Both the position numbers and the translations under genes were made by a program. Positions 37,950 to 51,411 of a stretch of DNA of 64,000 bases are shown in pieces. The notes beneath the pieces were generated by a model, which was not told the origin of the DNA, made no database searches, and saw only the letters and a list, made by a program, of their open reading frames with translations. The stretch is from positions 13,022,001 to 13,086,000 of the forward strand of contig NC_086109.1 in assembly GCF_963921235.1 (NCBI RefSeq). Reading direction: 5' to 3'. The DNA comes from Mobula hypostoma. Taxonomy: Eukaryota. Position 1 is the first letter of the stretch, and each line of letters opens with the position of its first letter.

Positions 37950-40900
37950 ATGGAGTGGAGTTTGTTAGGTGTGCACAGGAAGGTTTCCTGACACAATATG
38001 TAGATAAGCCTTCAAGAGGAGAGGGTGTTCTTGATCTGGTATTGGGAAATTAACTTGGTCAGGCATCAGATCTCTCAGTGGGATAGCATTTTGGAGATAA
38101 TGATCATATTTCTATCTCCTTTACCATAGCACTGGAGAAGGATAAGAACAGGCAAATTAGGAAAGCATTTAATTGGAGTAAGGGGAAATATGCTATCAGG
38201 CGGAAACTTGGAAGCATTAATTGAAACAGATGTTCTCAGGGAAGTGTATGGCAGAAATGCGCCAAATGTTCAGGGGATATTTGTGTGGTGTTCTGCAAAG
38301 GTACGTTCCAAAGAAACAGGGAAAGGATGGCAGGGTACAGGAACCGTGGTGTACAAAGGCTGTTGAAAATCTAGTCAAGAAGATTAGATTAGATTAGATT
38401 ATGAGGACACTCGGTCCTCGTTTATTGTCATTTAGAAATCCATGCATTAAAAAATGATATAATGTTCCTCCAGAAAGATATCACAGAAACACAGGACAAA
38501 CCACGACTAACTGACAAAACCACATAATTATAACATATAGTTACAACAGTGCAAAGCAATACCGTAATTTGATAAATAGCAGACCATGAGCACGGTAGAA
38601 AAAGTCTCAAGTCCTGATAGCCCCATTATCTCACGCAGACGGAAACGCCGTAAACTTGCCGATGCATTGGAAGCACCCGACCGCAGCCAACTCTGAGTCC
38701 ATCCGAAAACTTCGAACCTCCAACCAGCCACCGAGCACTGAGCACCATCTCTGCCGAACGCTTTGACCCCGCCCCGGCCGCCGAGCAACAAGCAAAGCCG
38801 AGGACTCAGGGTCTTCCCCTCCGGAGATTCTGGATCACACAGTAGCAGCAGTGGCGGAACAGGCATTTCAGAAGTTTCACCAGATGTTCTTCCATGCTCT
38901 CACGTCTGTCTCCATCAAATCAGGATTGTGCACGGCACCCTACTTGACAAATAACAGATATCATTCACCGGAGTGGCCACTGCAAGCTGCGTCGCGCCGC
39001 CATTTTCTCTACCTTCAGAAAAGAAAAACTTACGAAAAGTTTAAAAAACTAGGTAATGATAGAGATCTAGAAGATTATAAGGCTAGCAGGAAGGAGCTTA
39101 AGAATGAAATTAGAAGAGCCAGAAGGGGCCATGAGAAGGCCTTGGCAAGCAGAATTAAGGAAGACCTCAAGGCATCCTACAAGTATGTGAAGAGTATGAG
39201 GATAAGATGTGAGAGAATAGGACCAATCAAGTGTGACACTGGAAAAGTGTGTATGGAACCGGAGGAGATAGCAGAGATACTTAATCAATACATTGTTTCA
39301 GTATTCACTATGGAAAAGGATCTTGGTGATTGTAGGAATGACTTACGGTGGATTGAAAAGCTTGAGCATGTAGATATTAAGAAAGAGGATGTGCTGAAGC
39401 CTTTGGAAAGCATCAAGTTGGATAAGTCTCCAGGACCAGATGAGATGTACCCCAGGCTACTCTGGGAGGTGAGGAAGGAGATTGCTGAGCCTCTGGCAAT
39501 TATCTTTGCATCATCAAGAGGTGCCAGAGGATTGGAGGGTTGCAGATGTTGTTCCCTTATTTAAGAAAGGGAGTAGAGATAGCCCAGGAAATTACAGACC
39601 GGTGAGTCTTACTTCAGTGGTTGGTAAGTTGATGGAGAAGATCCTGACAGGCAGGATTTATGAACATTTGGAGAATGTTGAATATGATTAGGATTAGTCA
39701 GCATGGCCTTGTCAAAGGCAGGTCGTGCCTTCCGAGCCTGATTGAATTTTTTAAGGATGTGACTAAACACATTGATGAAGGTAGATCAGTAGATGTAGTG
39801 TATATGGATTTCAGCAAGGCATTTGATAAGGTACCCCATGCGAGGCTTATTGAGAAAGTAAGGAGGCATGGGATCCAAGGGGATCTTGTTTTGTGGATCC
39901 AGAACTGGCTTGCTCACAGAAGGCAAAGAGTGGTTGTAGATGGGTCATATTCAGCATGGAGGTCAGTGACCAGTGATATGCCTCAGGGATCTGTTCTAGG
40001 ACCACTTCTCTTTGTGATTTTTATCAATGACCTGGATGAGGAAGCGGAGGGATGGATTAGTAAATTTGCTGATGACACAAAGGTTGGAGGTGTTGTGGAT
40101 AGTGTGGAGGGCTGTCAGAGGTTACAGCAGGACATTGATAGGATGCAAAAGTGGGCTGAGAAGTGACTGATGGAGTTCAACCCAGGTTAGTGTGAGGTGG
40201 TTCATTTTGGTAGGTCAAATATGATGGCAGAGTATAGTATTAATGGTAAGACCTCTGGCAGTGTGGAGGATCAGAGGGATCTTGGGGTCCAAGTCCATAG
40301 GACACTCAAAGCTGTTGCGCAGGTTGACTCTGTGGTTAAGAAGGCATATGGTGCATTGGCCATTCATCAACTGTGGGATTGAGTTTAAGAGCCGAGAGGT
40401 AATGTTACAGCTTTATAGGACTCTTGTCAGACCCCACTTGGAGTACTGCGCTCAGTTCTGTTAACCTCACTATAGGAAGGATGTGGAAACCATAGAAAAG
40501 GTGCAGAGGAGATTTACAAGGATGTTGCCTGGATTGGGGAGCATGCTTTATGAGAATAGGCTAAGCGAATTTGGTCTTTTCCCCTTGGAGAGACAGAGGA
40601 TGAGAGGTGACTTGATAAAGATCTGTAAGATGAGAGGCATTGATCGTGTGGATAGCCAGAAGCTTTTTCCCAGGGCTGAAATGGCTAACACGAGAGGGCA
40701 CAGTTTTATGGCGCTTGGAAATAGGTACAGAAGAGATGTCAGGGTAAGTTTTTTACGCAAGAGAGTGGTGAGTGCGTGGAATGGGCTATCAGCAACGGTG
40801 GTGGAGGCAGATACAACAGGGTCTTCTATGAGACTCCCGGATAGGTACATGGAGCTTAGAAAAATAGAGGGCTATGGGCAACCATAGGTAATTACTAAAG

Positions 40901-40958
40901 TAAGTACATGTTCAGCACAGCATTGTGGGCTGTAAGTTTTCTATGTTTCTATGTTTCT
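37950..40958 (+). mobile_element. CR1 LINE, 5'-truncated, interrupted at 38381-39015
   Basis: ORF pieces 38851-39564 (KSPGPD), 39482-39691 (GNYRPVSLTS), 39660-40166 (DFSKAFDKVPH, PQGSVLGP, FADD) and 40483-40887; (TTTCTATG)n tail. Confidence 0.93.
38381..39015 (-). mobile_element. Non-autonomous LINE-derived element (GC-rich head, Rex1/L2-type tail)
   Basis: Minus-strand start AAAATGGCGGCG, CpG-rich body, 3' hairpin GAGGAC..GTCCTC and (AATCT)n tail; cleanly interrupts the CR1. Confidence 0.75.
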
Positions 40959-42369
40959 AAGGGGAGACATAGTGGTAGTTAATAGTGTTATTTCTATGCC
41001 ACTCACACATGGAAGGAATTCACATTTTGAGCAGGCAGGATTATCAATAAAGCTCAATTGAGTATCCTGCCTGCTGGCATCCTGGTTTTCTCTGCACTAT
41101 TCCTCAATAACAAACACAACACTGTGTCATGATCAATTTTGATCTAATCCTATTTCCTTTCCACTAAAGATCATCGTCATCATCATTATATGTCGTGTTG
41201 TATGATGTAAGCAATCATGGTCAATGACCACAACTGTTCTTGGCAAAGTTTTCTGCAGAAATGACTTGCCATTACCATCTTCTGGACAGTATGGTGGAGT
41301 GGTTGGTTGGAGATACACCTCTACCAAAGGAAGTGTAAGGCGTCCTTCCCTCCACTAGCCTGCAGGACATCTTTGCGCAAGATGTAGCACCTGCTTAGCC
41401 ATCCAATCAGGGTCACATAAAGCTATGGGAGCAAGCAGTGTACAGGCGTATGAGCAGCTGGTGCATATCACAAGCCTGTGACCACTGACATCAGTCAGAC
41501 ACTCTCTGAAGAGTATTGATAATGGCTATGGTCATCTTGTAAAGACGCTGCCCATTAATGATAGATTTTTAATTTAAAAAAGATCAATCAATTCTAGATT
41601 TAAAATTTATAAGTAACCTAAAAATAAATGCCGCTAACATAAATAGAAAGGAAAGCAATTTTGAGACAGGAGCTGTTTGTACTGCTGCTAAAGAGCCAGT
41701 TGAGGCCGGTTTTTAAAATCCGTTGCTTTTTGATAACTGGGCATAAATTTGACTCACTCCCACAGATGGTTGATGAAATTATATGTGGTTATAAATAATG
41801 GTGGCAGTAAATGCTGAAAATTGCAGGCCACATGAGATAGGAAGTTATATATGGAAATTGATGCAGATAAGGAAGACTATTATTTGGGTACCAAAGCCCA
41901 CTCTACCATGGTGAGTCAGAGCTGTCACCAGAAATGCGAATTCAAAGTTCTTGGGTATGTAGTTTTTATATATATATATAATTTCACTTGAGGATCAGTA
42001 ACCTCTAATTAGTTGAAATGTGTACGTTAGGTCATAACCATGCTACCTCACTGTGAAAGTACACCAAAGATATTGCTGACAAAGCCAGAACACAGCTTGC
42101 TTTAGTAACACACACAATGCTGGAGGGATTCAACAAATCAGATAGCATCTGTGGAGAGGAATATAGAGCGAGAATCAGTGTCCTGATAAAAGGTCTTGCT
42201 CTGAAATGTTGACTCTTTATTCCTCTCCCTACATGCTGCCTAACTTGCTGAGTTCCCTCCAGCATTTTGGCTCTCTCTCTCTCTCACTCTCTCTCGCACG
42301 CGCTCTCACTCTCGCTCTCTCATCTGCATAATCTATTGTGCTCATCTTCCTTTAACAGTCCAGATAATG

Positions 42370-42449
42370 TAGGGGTTTCCAACCTGGGGTCCACAGATCC
42401 CTTGCTTAAAAGTGTTGCTCAATGGCATAAAAAAGGTTGGTAATTCCCA
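42370..42449. mobile_element. 80-bp hAT-type MITE
   Basis: TIRs TAGGGGTTTCCAACC/GGTTGGTAATTCCCA; 8-bp TSD AGATAATG/AGCTAATG; matches 52542-52622. Confidence 0.7.
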
Positions 42450-43162
42450 AGCTAATGAAACCTTACTTTTCATGCACCTATAATTCTGAACATATCTCAA
42501 TGCGAAATGTATACAAAGTGGGCAAGTTAAGAATTATAGCCTTTAACCAACAGCAGTGTATTTGCAGTATTCAACTCAAAAATTACAGCTAATGTCCTGA
42601 AACTGGACCCTAGATCTATGAATTTAGCTCCAGGTACAGAAAAGACCTCAATAGTGCAGTGAGATCTCCTGATTGAGATCTGCAAACTTAAGTATAGAAA
42701 TCATTAATTATTTTAGCCTTTCCAATTGTAAAATGCTTTTCTGTTATCTGAATGCAGATATTTTGGAATTTGGGTTAAATGTCAGCCATTCCAACTTACA
42801 TCAGAATGACTAGTTGTGTGATATCCATGTCAAAATGTTGCTTTCTACCTCATGAGCTTTGATTTTCTGAAATAACCTTTAGCAATGTCTTATCAAATGC
42901 CTTCTAGAAAACTAAAATGTTCTTCTAGTCATCCTTTTTGTTCACAGAACATGTTATTTCTTCAAAGAGTTTCAATAATCTGGTCAAACTTTTCACAAGA
43001 CAATGTGACGTTGCACGATTTACTTGGCTTTTTCTAAATGATCTGCTTTTAAGTCTCTAGGTCAAAGTCAGGTTTATAGTCATAAGCACATGTAAAAACA
43101 GATGTGATGAAAAATCTACTTGCAGCAGCATCACAGCCACATAGCAACAGATGTCTTGTCCA

Positions 43163-43315
43163 TACTGCACCAACCGCTGCCACTGGGCTATAAACGTGCA
43201 GGAGCAATGTGTGGTTAAGTGCCTTGCTCAAGGACACAACACACTGCCTTGGCTGAGGCTTGAACTTGCGACCTTCAGATCACTAGTCCAACGCTTAACC
43301 ACTTGGCCACGTGCC
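43163..43315 (-). mobile_element. tRNA-derived SINE (CORE-like segment)
   Basis: Minus strand: A-box TGGCCAAGTGG, B-box GTTCAAGCC, then GTGTCCTTGAGCAAGGCACTTAAC. Confidence 0.8.
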
Positions 43316-44069
43316 AATATTCACAAGAAAAACATAAACTAGTTACAAATTATGTAAGGGAGAACATATTTTGAACAAAAGAATGTCCATTGAGTGTAGG
43401 ATACTGAGATACTGAGATAGTGATTAGGATTGTGCAGGTTTGCTAAAGAAGCAAATGGCTGAAGGGAAGTAGCTGTTCTTCATCCTAGTGGTATGGAACT
43501 TCAGGCTTCTGTACTTACTTCCCAATGGTAGCAACAAGATGATCAAATGGCCCAGATGGTAAGATCTTTTGATTATAGATGTTGCCTTTTCGAGGCAAAG
43601 CCGTTTGTAAGTACTTCCAATGTTGGGATAATTCTGACAGTTTCCTTATGACCCACGTGAAGTTAATTCCCCTGTAGTTTCCTGATTCTCATCTTTTGAA
43701 AAAAGGAGCTCCTCTTCCTCTTTTGCAATTTAACGGAACCTCCCCAGAGTTCAGAGAATTTTGGAAAATTGAAACTAGGTATTAAGTTTGTCCTTGATCA
43801 CTTTTTACAATGTTTTAGGGTGAAGTGCTCCAGGACTCGGAGGTTTGTCAGTCCATAGCTCCCGCCATTGGCTGCGTCACTCTTCTCCAGTCACTCTAAG
43901 CTTATGAGTTTCTTTTCTCCCTTCTCATTCCCAAATAACAGATATTACCGTAATGTTGTTTGTATCCTCTATAGTGAAGATAGATGAAAATTACTGGATT
44001 CATTCAACAATTGCCTCCTTGTTTTCTATTACTAATTCCATAGTGTCTCTTTCTGTAGGATCACATTGA

Positions 44070-47000
44070 TAAATAAGTAAATTTATTAAAGTACATGATT
44101 GTCACTATATCTAAGCCTGAAATTCATTTTCTTGCAAGCATACACAGTAAATCCAACAAACAATAGAATTCATGAAAATCTGCACCCAAAAGGACAGACC
44201 AACAACCAATGTGCAAAAGGCAACAATCTGAGCAAACACAAAAAAACAAAAATATTGAGAACATGAGATGAAGAGTCCTTAAAAGTGAGTCGATAGGTTG
44301 TGGTAGCAGTTCAGTGATGGGGTGAGTGAAGCTGAGTGAAATTATCCCCTCTGGTTCAAGAGCCTGATGGTTGAGGGGTAGTAACTGTTGCTGAACCTGG
44401 TGGTGAGGGTCCTTAGGCTCCTGTAACTTCTTCCTGATGGCAGCAGTCAGAAGAGAGCATGACCTGAGTGGTGGGGGTCTCCGATGAGTACATGTGCTCA
44501 GACGGGGGGATGACTTTACCCGTGATGTTCTGGGTCGTATCCATTACTTTCTGTAGGATTTTCTGTTCAATGGCATTGGTATTTCCATACTAGGTCGTAA
44601 TGCAACCAGTCAATAGATTCTTCATCGCACATCGATAGAAGTTTGTCATAGTTGTAGACTTCATGCCAACTTTTCACAAACTTCTCAAGAAGTAGAGACA
44701 CCAACTTGCTTTTTTTGTAGCTGTCCTTACATGCTGGGACCAATACAAATGCTCAGAAATTATGACAATGAGACATTTAAAGTTGTTGACCAACCACCCA
44801 CCACCCCCACCCACCTCTGACTTCTGATAAGGACTGGCTCATGGACCTCTGGTGTCCTCCTGCTGAAGAGAATAATCAGCTCCTTGGTCTTGCTGACATT
44901 GAGTGAGAGGCTGTTGTTGCGGCATCACTCAGCCAGATTTTCAATCTCCCTCCTGTATGCTGACTCATCGCCACTTTTGACTTGGTCAACAACAGTGATG
45001 TCGTCAGTAAACTTAAACATGGCATTGGAGCTGTGCTTAACCTCACAGTCATAAGTATGAAACGAGTAGAGCAGGGGACCAAGCACACAGCCTTGTGCTA
45101 CACCTGTGCTGCTGGAGATTGTGGAAAAGGTGTTGCTGCCAATCCAAACTGACTGTGGTCTGCAAATAAGGAAATTATCATCAACCTCTCAAAGAACTTC
45201 AAGTGCTATTGGACAATAGTAATTGAGGTAGGTTACCACATTTCTCTTAGACACCAGTATATTTGAAGCCTGCTTCAAGCAGGTGGGTACTTCAGCCTGC
45301 CGAAGCATGAGGTTAGATATACCGTGAACATTCCAGCCAGTTGATCAGCAGAGAGCTTTCAACCAGTACGTGACCCTCCAAGGGAGGAGTTGTAAAGTTT
45401 GATGGCCACAGGCAGGAATGACTTCCTATGACACTCTGTGCTGCATCTTGGTGGAATGAGTCTCTGGCTGAATGTACTCCTGTGCCCACCCAGTACATTA
45501 TGTAGTGAATGGGAGACATTGACCAAGATGGCATGCAACTTAGACAGCATCCTCTTTTCAGACACCACCGTGAGAGAATCCAGTTCCATCCCCACAACAT
45601 CACTGGCCTTACAAATGAGTTTGTTGATTCTGTTGGTGTCTGCTACCCTCAGCCTGCTGCCCCAGCACACAACAGCAAACATGATAGCACTGGCCACCAC
45701 AGACTCGTAGAACATCCTCAGCATCGTCCGGCAGATGTTAAAGGACCTCAGTCTCCTCAGGAAATAGAGACGGCTCTGACCCTTCTTGTAGACAGCCTCA
45801 GTGTTCTTTGACCAGTCCAGTTTATTGTCAATTTGTATCCCCAGGTATTTGTAATCCTCCACCATGTCCACACTGACCCCCTAGATGGAAACAGGGGTCA
45901 CCGGTACATTAGCTCTCCTCAGGTCTACCACCAGCTCCTTAGTCTTTTTCACATTAAGCTGCAGATAATTCTGCTCACACCATGTGACAAAGTTTCCTAC
46001 CGTAGCCCTATACTCAGCTTCATCTCCCTTGCTGATGCATCCAACTATGGCAGAGTCATCTGAAAACTTCTGAAGATGACATGACTCTGTGCAGTAGTTG
46101 AAGTCTGAGGTGTAAATGGTGAAGAGAAAGGGAGACAAGACAGCCTCCTGTGGAGCCCCAGTGCTGCTGATCACTCTGTCAGACACACAGTGTTGCAAGC
46201 ACACGTACTGTGGTCTGCCAGTCAGGTAATCAAGGATCCATGATACCAGGGAAGCATCCACCTGCATCGCTGTCAGCTTCTCCCCCAGCAGAGCAGGGCG
46301 GATGGTGTTGAATGCACTGGAGAAGTCAAAAAATATGACCCTCACAGGGCTCGCTGGCTTGTCCAGGTGGGCGTAGACACAGTTCAGCAGGTAGACGATG
46401 GCATCCTCAACTCCTAGTCGGGGCTGGTCGGCGAACTGGAGGGGATCTAAGTGTGGCCTGACCATAGGCCGGAGCAGCTCCAGAACAAGTCTCTCCAGGG
46501 TCTTCATGATGTGGGAGGTCAATGCCACCAGTCTGTAGTCATTGAGGCCGCTGGGGCGCGGCGTCTTCGGCACAGGGACGAGGCAGGACATCTTCCACAG
46601 TACAGGAACCCTCCAGAGCCTCAGGCTCAGGTTGAATACATGGTGAAGTACTCCACATAGCTGAGGGGCACAGGCTTTGAGCACCCTGGTACTGACACCA
46701 TCCAGTCCTGCAGCCTTGCTTGGGTTGAGACATTTCAGCTGTCTTCTCACCTGTTCAGCTGTGAAGCCCACCGTGGTGGTTTCGTGTGGGGAAGGGGTAT
46801 TGTCATGAAAGCAGGGTGGGGGACTGTGAGGAGGGGTAGGAGGGGAGAGTGGAATATGTGTTGGTTGGGGGCCGACAACAGATGGCTCCTGTGTGGGATG
46901 GACAGGGGCCACAGTGTCAAATCTCTTAAAGAACAAGTTAAGTTCATTGGCCCTGTTTGTGAAGGTTCCTCCAGCTTTTGATGGTCAAAGTGAGCATAGG

Positions 47001-48420
47001 AGACATTGAGCTCATCTGGGAGTGAAGCATTGTTGTCACCTATGTCACTGGATTTCACTTTGTAGGAGGTACTGGCATACAAGCCCTGTCACAGCTGTCA
47101 AGCAACATTCAGTGATTCAAGTTTGATATGGAATTGCCACTTTGCACAAGAGATGGCTTTCTGGAGATCGTACCTGGATCTCTTGTATCTTACTTAGTTG
47201 CCAGGCCTAAATGCCACTAATCTGGGACTCAGCAGGTTGTGAATTTCATGGTTCATCCAGGGGTTCTGGTTGGGGAAGACTCTGGATGATTTTGTGGGGA
47301 CACATTCGTCTACATCTGCTTTTATAAAGTCCGTGGCAACTATGGTGTATTCATTCAGATCCTCTAATGAGTCTTTGACCATAACCCAGTCCACTGACTT
47401 GAAGCAACCCCATAGTAGCTCTCCTCTGCCTCCTGCAACCATGTCTTTTTTGTCCTTATCTCTGGAAGCTTGCTTTTCAGGGAAGAAGAGGATAGCCAAG
47501 GGATCAGATTTCCCAAAATGCAATCTAAGAATGAAACGATAGGCATTTCTAATCATAATACAGTAGTGGCCAAATGTTTTGGGCACTCTGGTGCTGCCAT
47601 TTATATGCTGTTAATAATTGGGCAGAGATTTCTTCAAACAAACCAGATTGAAGGTCCTTGACTATGATTTGAAATGCGTGAGGGTGAGCTGTTTCTTGTT
47701 TGGTGATGGCAGCATTCAATATCTTGAGTGCCTGATTAAAGTCGGCTTTTGGTGGTATGTAAACTGCAGTCAGCATCATGGAGAATAACTCCCTAGACGA
47801 GTAGAACAGTCGACACTTAATCTTTAGACGTTCCAGGTCAGGGGAATAAAAGTGAGGCAAGACCACTACATCCGTGCACCACAAAGAGTTAATCATGAAA
47901 CATAAACCCCTACTTTTTGCCTTCTCCAAATCAACAGTCCAGTCCATCCTGTGTATTGAGAAGCCTCTGGGTTTTAGAAATGTATTCAGTGTATCCGGAG
48001 TGAGTCATATCTATGTGAAACACAGAACACAACATATCCTCATTTCCTTCCGAAACAGCAATTTTGCCCTTAAATCATCAATCTTATTCTCCAGCGAATG
48101 TATATTTGTTAACATGTTGGGTAGAAAAACTTGCAATTCCTGGTGTTTCAGTCCAGCTTGGAGTCCCCCCATCCCCCACCTTTCCCAGCCAGGGTGATGT
48201 ACCTTCATCCACTTAAAGGTGCCATACCGTCATGCTGAGAGTTAAGTCTGTTGAATCCTCGAGAAGATCGTGAAATTGCTTGTTAATTAAGACAGTTTTA
48301 AAGTACATTGCTTACAGGGAAATTGCAGGCTGCACACTGCTGTGAGAGTAATCCTGAAAAAGTATGTTTAGAAGTTTTGTAAGCAGCCCACACCATGTCG
48401 CCATGGTGCACCGGCGCCAG
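44070..48420 (-). mobile_element. Near-full-length decayed Rex1/Babar LINE with a nested second Rex1-family segment
   Basis: 5' UTR near 48250-48420; endonuclease (SLENKIDDLR, AVYIPP, HFGKSD); RT/C-terminal remnants and 3' UTR at 44070-45370. Confidence 0.85.
45372..46955 (-). mobile_element. Rex1/Babar RT segment of a different subfamily
   Basis: ORFs 45881-46936 (NDYRLVALTS, DFSSAFNTI, GAPQ, KFSDDS) and 45359-45871 (KKGQSRLYFLRRLRSF). Confidence 0.92.
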
Positions 48421-49314
48421 CTTTGTGTCATAATACAAGGGACTGCAGATATGGAGTAACAAGTATAATGCTGGAGGATTTCAGTGAGTCAGGCTGCATC
48501 TGTGGTGAATGAATGGACAATCAATGCTTAGGTCAAGATGATTCTTCTGGACCTGAAGAATGAAGGATCTTGACCCGAAAGGCTGACTGTCTGTTTCCCT
48601 CCACAGATGCTCCCTGAACAGCAAAGTTGCTCTAGCATTTTATTTGCTGCTTCACCTCAAAAACATTGCTTTAAAAATGCATATAAACTCTTATTATCTG
48701 GTTTTCTATTGCTTGTTAGCTTTATCTTGTAATCTGATTTTTCCAAGTCATACAAAGAGAGATTAAGCAGAATATTTATTTGTTTAGATTGATATATTTA
48801 TTTGGAGACACAGCAAGGTAACAAGCCCTTCCAGCCCAATGAGCTCATGCCACGCAATTACACCCATGTGACCAATTAACCTAATAACTCACAGACAATT
48901 AGAATGTGGGAGGAAACTGGAACATCCAGAAGAAACCCACACGGACATGTGGAGATCATACAAACTCATTACAAACAGCAGCAGAGTTGAATCCGTATCA
49001 CTAGCATTATTACACCAAACATTACCCAACCGTGTTGTCCCAGAGGAGATCAACAGAGCTGGGAAATTTCAGAGATCCTAGTATACAATGTATTAGAACA
49101 GGAGATAGCATGATGGGCCTCCAATTCAACACAGTGAAAATACAGCAGGCTTTTTTCTCTTCTCAATGCTCATCAAGCACATTCCCCAGTTATCATGCCC
49201 TCTGCAAGAGAGTTAGCTGAAGGGAAACTTGACATTCAAAAATAATCCTTTCACTTTAGGAAAGTGTTCATGCACACATTGAACAACATCTTTGCCTTCA
49301 CTACCTGGATTATT

Positions 49315-49319
<5 letters not shown>

Positions 49320-49357
<38 letters not shown>
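49320..49357. repeat. (TG)n microsatellite
   Basis: Perfect TG run. Confidence 0.95.
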
Positions 49358-49359
<2 letters not shown>

Positions 49360-50390
49360 CTTGTGAGCATTCACAGTAAATACAAGAAACATAATAGAAT
49401 CAATGGCAGACTGCACCAATGTGCAAACTGTGCAAATAAAAAAAGAAAGAATTATTAATAGTAATAATAAATAGGCAATAAATATTAAGAACATGAGATG
49501 AAGAGTCCTTGAAAATGAGTCCAGGGGTTGTGGCAACAATTCAGTGATGGGGTGAGTGAGTTGAGTGATGATTCAAGGGTTCAAGAGCATGATGGTTAAG
49601 GGATAATAACTGTTGCTGAACTTGGTGGTGTGGGCTCTGACGCTCCTGTACCACCTTCCTGATAGAAGCAGTGAGAAGGGAACATGGCCTGGTTGGTGAA
49701 GGACCTCGATGATGGATGTTTTGCATTCCAGTGACAGCACTCCATGTAGATGTGTACAATGGTGTGGAGGCTTTACCTGTGATGGACTGGGCTGTATCCA
49801 CTACTTTTTGTAGGCTCTTCCATTCAAGGGCATTGGTGTTTCCATTCCAGTCAGCATACCCTCCACTGCACATCAATAGAAATTTGTCAAAATTTTAGAT
49901 GACATGCTGAATCTTCACTAACTTTTAAGAAAGCAGAAGCATTGCCTTGCTTTATTTGTAATGGTACTGGACCCAGGACACACCCTTTGAAATGATAACA
50001 CCAAGAAATTTAAAGTTGCTGACCCCCTCCACCTCTGACCTCCTGATGAGGATCAGCTCACAGATCTCCAGTTTACGCCATCTGACTTCAATAATCAACT
50101 CTTTGGTCTTGCTGATATTGAGTGAGAGGTTGCTGTTGGGACACCATTCAGCAAGATTTTCGATCTCCCTCATATACGCTGATTCGTCACCACTTTTGAT
50201 TCAGCCAATGACAGTGCTGTCATCAGCAAACTTCACTATGGCATTGGAGTCGCACCTAGCTTCACAGTCATAGGTGTAAAGCGAGCAGAGCAGGGGGTTA
50301 AATGCACAGCCTTGTAGTGCACCCGGGGAGGAGATGTTGCCAATCTAAACAGACTGTGAGGAAATCAAGGATTCAGTTGCAGAAGGACGT
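49360..50390 (-). mobile_element. Rex1/Babar LINE 3' fragment
   Basis: KFADDST, LSLNISKTKELI and FKFLGVII remnants plus 3' UTR. Confidence 0.82.
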
Positions 50391-51273
50391 ATTGGGTAAA
50401 AACAGAAAAAAAAATTATACCAGTATTAATTCACTCATTAGAGATCAATACATCTTGCACAAGAATTTGACTGGAACATGTTCTTACTACATCAGTGTAA
50501 TATATTCATCTCTGAATTTCATTTTTGTATCATGGAGAAAAAATTATCAAGCTGTCAACATACATCTACAACAAAAACAAAATCAATATAATAATCGATA
50601 AATTATGCCGATGCTTTTGAAAATCAGACAACAGTTCCCAATTTAACATGAAAATCAAAGTGCTATTGACATTGGTGTTATAATGAAATGAGCAAAATAC
50701 AGTTGCAGAGTGCTTTAGTTGGAATGTTGATGTTGAATTAAATTGTGTTAGACTACAAGAGACTTTAACTCTGCCATAGATGGTTCCAAGCCTGGATGTG
50801 GAAGGAGGATGGTTGGGCACAGGGCTATCAACTCCAGCCTGTAAAAACCTGGAAATAAAGCACTGGAGTTGTGCTTAGCTTTGCAATCATAAATGTAAAG
50901 CGAAAAGAGCAGCGGGCCAAGCACACTACCTTATGTTGCTCTTGTGTTGATAGAGATTGTGGAGGAGATGTTGTTGCCAATCCAAACTGACTGGGGTCCG
51001 CAGATGAGGAAATGCCAACAGGAGCTCCGAAGGCCTGATCCCTGGGAGAGGAACGATATCAAAAAGATGGGCTACACCTGGGCTACACTGGCGAGTTGCT
51101 GTTCGTGGCCTATGTCCCAGTAAGGGTGATGGGCCTAAGAAGAAGAAGACAAAAGACTTTGTGTGTATTGAAAAGACTTTGACTGTTCTTCTAACCATTC
51201 CAAGGAGAAAACTGACTATATGTATGTTTTAGTCAATTAACAATCAACCTTTGTGAAATCTCTAAATATAACA

Positions 51274-51411
51274 GTTAGTCCTGACGAAGGGTCTCGGCCT
51301 GAAACGTCGACTGCACCTCTTCCTACAGATGCTGCCTGGCCTGCTGCGTTCACCAGCAACTTTGATGTGTGTAGCTTGAATTTCCAGCATCTGCAGAATT
51401 CCTGTTGTTTG
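51274..51411 (+). mobile_element. 138-bp Penelope-derived insertion (hammerhead plus pLTR tail)
   Basis: 15-bp TSD TCTCTAAATATAACA (51259-51273, 51412-51426). Confidence 0.92.
51277..51313 (+). ncRNA. Intact minimal type I hammerhead ribozyme (GUC site)
   Basis: AGTC(51277-80)/GACT(51309-12) stem I; CTGACGA 51281-87; AGG/CCT stem II; GAAA 51301-04; ACGT palindromic stem III; predicted cleavage after C51308. Confidence 0.82.

Larger units (their letters stand above)
36163..41121 (+). mobile_element. Short-LTR Gypsy-type deletion derivative filled with LINE insertions
   Basis: LTRs 36163-36328 and 40968-41121; PBS TGGTGTCAGAAG at 36329; purine tract AAGGGGAGA before the 3' LTR; TSD CTGTG (36158-36162, 41122-41126). 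Confidence 0.82.

Noticed and set aside
43240..43315. tRNA gene
   Set aside because: A and B boxes are present but it continues into a SINE body, with no clean acceptor stem or terminator.
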